Shown here piece by piece: positions 56,005 through 64,000 of a DNA stretch of 64,000 nt. The notes under the pieces were generated by a model, which had not been told where the DNA came from, did not search any database, and was given only the letters and a program-made list of their open reading frames with translations. The DNA lies in assembly GCA_964016885.1 (NCBI GenBank), contig CAXHJY010000057.1, forward strand, positions 1-64,000, written 5' to 3'. Within the stretch, counting starts at the first letter, position 1. Each line of letters opens with the position of its first letter. Source of the stretch: Eledone cirrhosa (Eukaryota). Made by a program: the position numbers and the translations under genes.

Positions 56005-56270
56005 TGTTAAATAATATCCGATGATTATGTCAAAGAATGATTTTTACAGTAGATTGGAAGCACTCAACGGTAAAAAAAAATAATTTTCAGGAGTTAATAT
56101 AAGTAGTAATAAAATAGATGTTCTTTTGATCAATTACATTTTATTAGACATATTTCGGATGTACAACACTACCAGTAACCATTTAACATCTCAGGGTATG
56201 TCATGTATCATTATATTTTGTCTGATGAGGATGTACTGTTGTACATCCGAAATATGTATAATAAAATGTA
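56004..56270 (+). mobile_element. HHR-bearing Penelope pLTR-like element, family B copy 2
   Basis: Antiparallel to 36596-36885 with a longer internal inverted segment (56096-56168). Confidence 0.7.
56214..56268 (+). ncRNA. Type I hammerhead ribozyme (family B)
   Basis: TATTTTGT CTGATGA GGATGTAC TGTT GTACATCC GAAA TATGTA TA ATAAAATG; perfect 8-bp stem II. Confidence 0.72.
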
Positions 56271-56575
56271 GAGAGACAGAGAGAGAGAGACAGAGAGAGA
56301 CAGGCAGAGACAGACAGAGAGAGACAGACAGACAGACAGAGACAGACAGAGAGAGACAGAGAGAGACAGACAGAGACAGACAGAGAGAGACAGGCAGAGA
56401 CAGACAGAGAGAGACAGGCAGAGACAGAGACAGAGAGAGACAGGCAGAGACAGACAGACAGACAGACAGAGACAGACAGAGAGAGACAGAGAGAGACATA
56501 CAGAGAGAGACAGAGAGAGACAGGCAGAGACAGACAGAGAGAGACAGGCAGAGACAGACAGAGAGAGACAGAGAT

Positions 56576-56612
<37 letters not shown>

Positions 56613-57521
56613 GAGACAGACAGACAGAGAGACAGACAGAGAGATAGACCGACAAACAGACATACAGACAGACAGACAGACAGAGATAAAGAGAGAGATA
56701 GACAGACAGACAGACAGAGACAGAGATAAAGAGAGAGATAGACAGACAGACAGACAGAGACAGAGAGACAGATAGAGATAGAGAGAGAGATAGAGAGACA
56801 GAGAGATAGAGAGACAGACAGACAGACAGAGAAACAGATAAGTAGATAATAAATGCGCCAATTTGGTAGGAGAGGCGTGAATATGGAGGACGAAATATTA
56901 ACGACTTTATTGATCTCAGAGATTAGAGAGTCAGGGAAAGTTCACTTTTGCCTTTACTTGGCCACCGGAAGTTAATAGGGGAGCTAACGGAAATAGATAC
57001 CGTAAAATATCCATTGTTTACCCACCGCCATCTTGCAAACCCCTCACACACCAATAGACTAATTCTCGTATTGTAATTATATTATAGTTACTGCTGCTAC
57101 TACTGCTGCTGATGATGGTGATGATGGTGATGATGATGATGATGGTGATGGCGAAGCGGAGGAGGAAAGAGATTTATCATGACACTGGTGATGGTGGGGG
57201 TGATGGTGATGGTGGTGATGATGGTGGTGGAGGTGATGATGGTGATGGGTGGTGGTGGTGATGATGGTGATGATGCTAGGGATGGTGGTGATGATGATGG
57301 TGGTGATGATGGTGATGGTGGTGAAGATCTTTATGGCGATGATGATGATGATGATGGTAATAGTTTTGACAATGGTTGATGAGGGGGAAGGTGGGGGAAT
57401 GGAAGGTCATTATCCTGACTGTGGTGGGTGTGGGGGTCGTCGTGGTGGGTGTGGGGGGGTCGTTGTGGTGGTTATGGCTCTGATATTGATAATGGAAATA
57501 TCCGAAGCGGTGGAGCGGGTC

Positions 57522-57780
57522 GTTTTGTGTTATGACCAGTAACATAATTTGGCGTGGTGGGTGTGGACTGTGCATTGGTAAATGCAGGAATAGTACATTT
57601 TTGGAGAGGGTTGAATTGTGTTATGATCTGTAACATAATTTGCGTGGTTGGGTGTGGACTGTGTATTGGTTAATGCAGGAATAGTACATTTTGGAGAGGG
57701 TTGTATTGTGTTATGATCTGTAACATAATTTGGCGTGGTTGGGTGCGGACTGTGTATTGGTTAATGCAGGCATAGTAAAA
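57522..57780. repeat. ~91-bp tandem repeat, 3 copies
   Basis: TGTGTTATGA at 57526, 57617 and 57707. Confidence 0.9.
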
Positions 57781-58225
57781 TGTTTGTATTGTGGTCAGAG
57801 CATGAAATATGTAAAGTAGGTTCGTCAGTTTGTTAAATCAATTTGAAATTACTTTATGTGGGGGAATGGGGTGCATATTAGTATAAGTGGGACATGGAGA
57901 GTTAGCTTAAGGCCACCCTGCAGACAACACAAAAATACACAACGGATTTCAAAGAAAAATAATATTTCAAACAAGAAGCGACGACAGAAATGTAAAATTA
58001 ATTATGAATAAAAAATAATTTATAATTTGATAAGTAAAAAAAAAATAACAATTATTCATACAAAAACACACAAAAAACAGAGACAAATAAAATTATTTAT
58101 AAAAAAGACACAAAAAAAAATAGGCACAGAGACAAAATTATTTATAAAAAACACAAAATATCAGATATACAAACAACAATAGTTATAAAAATTTAAATAA
58201 ACAGTTTCAGACACAGGCTAACTAA

Positions 58226-58411
<186 letters not shown>

Positions 58412-59857
58412 TAACTGCAGTGTTAGATAGATAGGCAGACATACATACAGACAGATAGATAGAGGCAGAGATAGACAGAGAGAGAGAGGAGTAAGATGGA
58501 GGAAAGATACAGAGGCACACAGTGTCACAGACAACCAGACACAGAGAGAGACAGACAGACAAACACAAAGAGACAGACAGACAGTCAAACACAAAGAGAC
58601 AGACAGACAGACAGACACAAAGAGACAGACAGACAAACAGACGGGCAGACACGTAGACAGAGAAATTTTTAAAAGAAAATCGTGTTTCTTTAAACGTTTA
58701 ATTATTTTTTTTAATTAATTTATATTTTAAAATTATTTCAGGCAATTTTTTTTTGGCTAATTTTTTATATAACTTTTTTAACTTCTAATTTTACAATTTA
58801 ATTTAAATATTTTATATTTTGATATTTCTTTTATGTTATATTTTAAAATATTTGTTTGTTACTGTTGATGTTGTTGTTGTGTTGTTACTGTTGTTATTGT
58901 TGTTGCTGTTGTGTTGATATTGATGTTATTGTTTTTTTTTTGTTTGGTGTTCTTACTGTTATTTTTTTTATATTGTATATTTTATATTGTTTTTTAATAT
59001 TTATTTCTTATTGTTGTCACTGTTTTTGGTGTTCACACTGTTGTTAATGATGTTGGTTGTTATTGGTGTTGTTGTTACTGTTTTTTGTTCTTAAACTTGC
59101 AGTTCTTGTTAATGTTATGTTTTTGGTGTTCTTACTCTTATTATTGTTGTTGTTGTCGTTTGCTGTTGTTGATATTGTTACTGTTATTGTTATTAAACAT
59201 TTTTATTATTACTGTTGTTGTTATTGCCTTTCTACTCAATTTCTGTTTATCTTATTTTAAAGATGACAATGAAGATAGCTTCAGTTGTTGTTGTTGCTGT
59301 TATTGATGTCACTGTCGTCTTCCGCTATGTCCCACGTTGTTGATGTTATTGTTATTGTCACTGTCGTCTTGTTATGTCCGACGTTGTTGTTGTCTTATAA
59401 CTCCATTGCTGTTTATCTTACTCTAGAAACCACAACAACAATGGCGCTGGTTTCGGTTGTTATTAATATTTTGGACTCGTCAGAGATTTAGATAAAAGGT
59501 CTCGCCTTATTAATTAAGGTTTTCTTGCATTATTTTACTGGCTTTATTCAATAAACTGCTGCAATCTTGGGGTTAACGCCTGGGTTTATCGATCATACAG
59601 ACCCCAATTCTAATTTTATTCAAATATCATCCCGTATTTTATCAATCTCTTTTGTCCAACCGCTATGTAAGACAAACACAGACAAACATTTGCTGGCTTT
59701 GTGCTAATGCTGGAAAGATTATTACTACTACTACAACAGCTAGTACTATTACTACTACTATTAGTACTATTACTACTACTGTCACTTTTGCATGGTGAAT
59801 TCTTTTCTACATATCCGAAATAATTTTATTATACATCCTATATATATATATATATAT

Positions 59858-60020
59858 TTGTGTGTTAAAAATAAGACATAAAAAGCCTTCTAATAAATAT
59901 GTGTATACATTTTTGGGGACACCCTGTATTATATATATATATATATATAGGGTGTTAAAATAAGACATCAAAAGCCTTCTAATAAATATGTGTATACATT
60001 TTTGGGGGACACCCTGTATT
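59858..60020. mobile_element. Two tandem half-MITEs of the Tc1/mariner-like family
   Basis: GTGTTAAAATAAGACAT...GTGTATACATTTTTGGGGACACCCTGTA twice, separated by (TA)n. Confidence 0.65.
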
Positions 60021-60244
60021 ATATGACCGTATGAGGTTGACGGCTTACGACCCTGAGGTAAACAGGCGAAAGTCCAGAGTAACAAGACATTATTTAGGTT
60101 CGAATCAAATAAGTGTTTATGTATGTATGTGCGTATGTGTGTGTATGTGTATGTATGTGCGTATGTATGTGTATGTATGTGAGTATGTGTGTGTATGTGT
60201 GTGTGTTTAAACGCATTTTTTTCCATTCTATTTCTTAATATAAT

Positions 60245-60817
60245 TCCTTTATGGCTCTCGTTTCTTTTTTATTGCTCTCCAGCTCCCCCCCCCCATCAAC
60301 CAACCACCACACTCCCCCATACACCCTAACACAATTCAATCACATCCTTATTATTGCCGTTATTATTTTTACTTTTTCTCACTCTTTCTTCTTCATGTCT
60401 ACATCAGATGTCCTTGTGGCAAATAAAATAAATTATTATTATTATGATTATATATAAATATATAATATTATATATAAATATTATTCGCACTCTGAGTATG
60501 TGTCTGTAAATTAAAGGTGGAAAACTGGGAGAGGCACTTGCCCTGGTGGTCAGGGTCACTGTGACCTTTTAATGGGCTTTCTCCACAAATGTCTCTCGGA
60601 AGACTCCCCCTATTGGGGAATTTTTCATTGTTATTTTTTTATTAAATCCTTTGTTTGTTTTTTTACACGCAGAAATGCCCATTTGTACCGTCCTGTACTG
60701 TCCTTAATGTCTACTTTATGTAAACCCTTGTGGTTAATAAAGAAAGCATCATATAAATATTATTATAATTATTATTATATAAATAAACAATAAATAAATA
60801 AATAAAAATAACGAAAG

Positions 60818-60856
<39 letters not shown>

Positions 60857-61035
60857 AATTATCATCATCATCATCGCCATCATCCTCATTGCCTTATAAA
60901 TGCTTTTCATTGTGGTTATTTTTTTTAGAATTTCTGTTGTATATGTTTTATTGTCAGTTTTATTTGTATTGTCCTGTACCGTTTTCAATGTTTCCTTAAT
61001 GTGAGACCCGTGTGGCTAATAAAGAAATTATTATT
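60245..61035 (+). mobile_element. Cluster of three LINE 3' ends related to the Tx1/L1-like family, each followed by ATT-rich runs
   Basis: Ends CCTTGTGGCAAATAAAA (60412), CCCTTGTGGTTAATAAAGAAA (60725) and CCCGTGTGGCTAATAAAGAAA (61007); CTCCCCCTATTGGGGAA shared with 32349. Confidence 0.6.
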
Positions 61036-61402
61036 AGTATTAATGCTATATTATTGCTGTTGTTGTCATATTATTAATATAATTGTTGTTGCTGTTATTG
61101 TGGTGTTAATGTCATTGTGTCTTCGACATGGCGAACGACTGATCGACTTGCCTCGACGTCATCTACAGATTTAATACATATCACACACACACACACAATA
61201 TGTACACAAATACACACACACATATATATATATATACAAACAAACATATATATATATATATATATATATACATACGCACACACACACACACAAATTATAT
61301 ATATATATATATTTTGTGTGTACATACATACACACAAAAACAGATATATCGACATCTACACATTTAATATATCTACACATACACAAATATATATACGCGA
61401 AA

Positions 61403-61457
<55 letters not shown>

Positions 61458-61698
61458 AATACATACACATAAATATATATAAACACACACACTCTCTCAT
61501 TGTCTTGTAGGTCAAGTCGCCACACGTTTATATATATGTGTAGTGTGTCGGGGTAGTGTGACTAGATGCGTTGTCCTTTATTTATAATACGCATGCGCGT
61601 GTATGGAATTCTGGCAGTTTATTTAGCTGTGTGAATTTTTCCCTTTGACTGATATATATATATATTTGTATATATATATATATACAAATATGTGTGTG

Positions 61699-61736
<38 letters not shown>

Positions 61737-61780
61737 AATATGTGTGTATATACATATATATATATACAAATATGTGTGTG

Positions 61781-61827
<47 letters not shown>

Positions 61828-62530
61828 CGTGGAAGGGTTACCGTTGTGTGTATATGTGTGTATATATATATGTGTGTATGTATGTTTGTGTGTATATATA
61901 TATATATATGTGTATGTGTACGTGTATATGTATGTGTGTATATATATGTGTATATATGTGTGTGTGTATATGTGTGTGTGTCGTGGAAGGGTTACCGTTG
62001 TGTGTATATGTGTGTCTATGTGTGTGTATATATATTTGTGTGTATGTATGTGTATATGTATGTATGTGTGTATGTATATATATATATATGTGTATGTGTG
62101 TATGTACGTGTATATGTATGTGTATATATATATGTGTATGTATGTGTGTATATGTGTGTGTGTGTCGTGGAAGGGCTACGTTATGTTTTGTGTGCGTCAT
62201 GGAAGGGTTACCGTTGTGTGTACATGTGTGTGTGTGTATGAACACGTGTGTGTGTATGTACACGTGTGTGTGTATGTATATGTGCGTGTGCGTGTGCGTG
62301 TGCGTGTGGCCAGCCATTGTATTCTTTTGCTGTGTACTTCTTTCATCTCTTGTACTCCATTGAAATACTGATATCTTCTTTCGCCTTAATTAATAACAAC
62401 AACAACAACACTAATGACTTCAATTATTGGTCACAAGGGCCGACATATAGGGGACAATACAAAGACAGGGACAGGGACAGTGGGGCAGAGCTACAATAAG
62501 ACTGAGTAAAAATAATAATATTAATAATAA

Positions 62531-62614
62531 TAATTGTTTCTACTTTAGGCACAAGGCCAGCAATTACCTCAGTACATTACTGGTACTTTATTTTATCGAC
62601 CCCGTAAGGATGAA
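62531..62614 (-). mobile_element. SINE 3' half
   Basis: Core and tail. Confidence 0.9.
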
Positions 62615-62697
62615 ATAATAATAATAATAACAATAATAATAATAATAATAATAATAATATCAATAACAATAACAATAATACCAACAACAATAATTGA

Positions 62698-63194
62698 CCA
62701 CATTCTGAGAAGTGGTATGAGCCAGAGTCGGTGATCGAAGACGATCAGGTGAAGGTGCTGTGGGATTTTAGGATACAGACGGACAAGAAACTGGAACACA
62801 ATAAGCCTGACCTGGTGGGTTTGGACAAGGAAAAAGATTGTGCCTGATTGTGGATGTGGCCTGTCCATTCGACACGAGAGTGCAAGTAAAGGAGAGGGAG
62901 AAAATTAACCGATACCAGGACTTAAAGTGGGAGGTAAAAAGAATTTGAAACTGCCATGAAATCAGAGTCGTCCCGATTGTAATAGGTGCACTAGGTACTA
63001 GATCAAAGAGTTTCCAGGGATGGTTAAAGAAAATTAGTGCAGCCCCGCTTTTTGGAACACTTCAAAAGGCATGCTTGCTGGGAACAGCAAGAACCCTCCG
63101 ATACGTCCTGAATATCTGAGGCTGCAGGTAGCAGCTTGATATTCATTTCAACAAACTTTCCAGTAAAATAACATCAATGACTGAGACTCAAAGA
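62698..63194 (+). mobile_element. 5'-truncated R4/Dong-clade non-LTR retrotransposon: pseudogenised restriction-like endonuclease domain (ORF remnant 62698-63119) plus 3' UTR
   Basis: KWYEPESVIEDDQVKVLWDFRIQTDKKLEHNKPDLV / CLIVDVACPFDTRVQVKEREKINRYQDLKWEVKRI*NC...VVPIVIGALG...LQKACLLGTARTLR; PD...D...K..Y motif; frameshift at ~62840 and stop at 62946; (AAT)n on both flanks. Confidence 0.88.
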
Positions 63195-63199
63195 ATAAT

Positions 63200-63606
63200 A
63201 ATAATTGTTTCTACTATTGGCACAAGGCCAGCAATTATCCCAGCGCATTACTGGTACTTTATTTTATCGACCCCCGTAAGGATGAAAGACAAAGTTAACC
63301 TCGGCGGGTTTTGAACTCAGAATGGCAAGGGCCGTAACTCTATACGTCAACGCACGGCGTCCGACCCTCTACCGACTCTGCCAATCCACCGCCCTTGAAA
63401 GAACAATAATAATGATAATAATTGTTTCTACTTTTGGCACAAGGCCAGCAATTACCCCCGGTACATTACTGGTACTTTATTTTATCGACTCCGTAAGGAT
63501 GAAAGGCAAAGTCAACCTCGGCGGGATTTGAACTCAGACCGTAAAGGGACGTAACTATGCTGGAAAGCATGGCGTCCGACCCTCTACCGATACTGCCAAT
63601 CCACCA
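63200..63606 (-). mobile_element. Two tandem full-length tRNA-derived SINEs of different head subtypes
   Basis: 63200-63395 and 63419-63606. Confidence 0.92.
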
Positions 63607-64000
63607 GGTTTTATTAGCCACAGGAGCCCTCAAAAGAGTTTAGGGGGAGGTAAAAAAAGGGACCCAACACACAATGACTTTATATTACATCATATCGTTG
63701 TTATAATGTAATTATTCCATTGTTGTTGTTGTCTGTCTATTGATGTTGTCATTGCTGCTACTGTTGTTGTTGTTATTGATATTAATATTGCTGTTATTGC
63801 TGTTGTTGTTGGTGTTGTTGGTGTTGTTGGTGTTGTCTGTCTGAGTGCTGCTGCTGCTGCTCTTATTTTTTTGTCTACCTCGTATTATTGATTTTGTTGG
63901 TATTATTGTTTTTCTGCTTTTTATTGTTTGTGTCTGTTGTTGTTGTGTCTGTTGTTGTTGTTGTGTCTGTTGTTGTTGTGTCTGTTGTTGTTGTTGGTCT

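Overview
Repeat-saturated, AT-rich eukaryotic DNA, either intergenic or intronic. The repeat inventory (a tRNA-derived SINE with a Nin/Deu-like core, extreme TA/CA/GA/AAT/GGT microsatellite density) suggests a coleoid cephalopod, probably Octopus; this is inference from recognition, not a database result. No intact host gene can be supported, and nearly all ORFs in the track are microsatellite translations. Recognisable content: (i) a 309-310 bp tandem array at the left edge, each unit carrying a type I hammerhead ribozyme (HHR) and capped by an inverted partial copy, i.e. retrozyme / Penelope pLTR-like; (ii) at least two other unrelated HHR-bearing elements plus decayed ones; (iii) a 2.8 kb 49-bp minisatellite with three variable sites; (iv) a 123-bp satellite derived from an RTE LINE coding segment; (v) about 20 SINE copies or fragments; (vi) 3' remnants of Tx1/L1-like, RTE and R4/Dong LINEs sitting in specific microsatellites; (vii) several MITE or foldback families embedded in (TA)n. 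All folds and alignments were done by eye.
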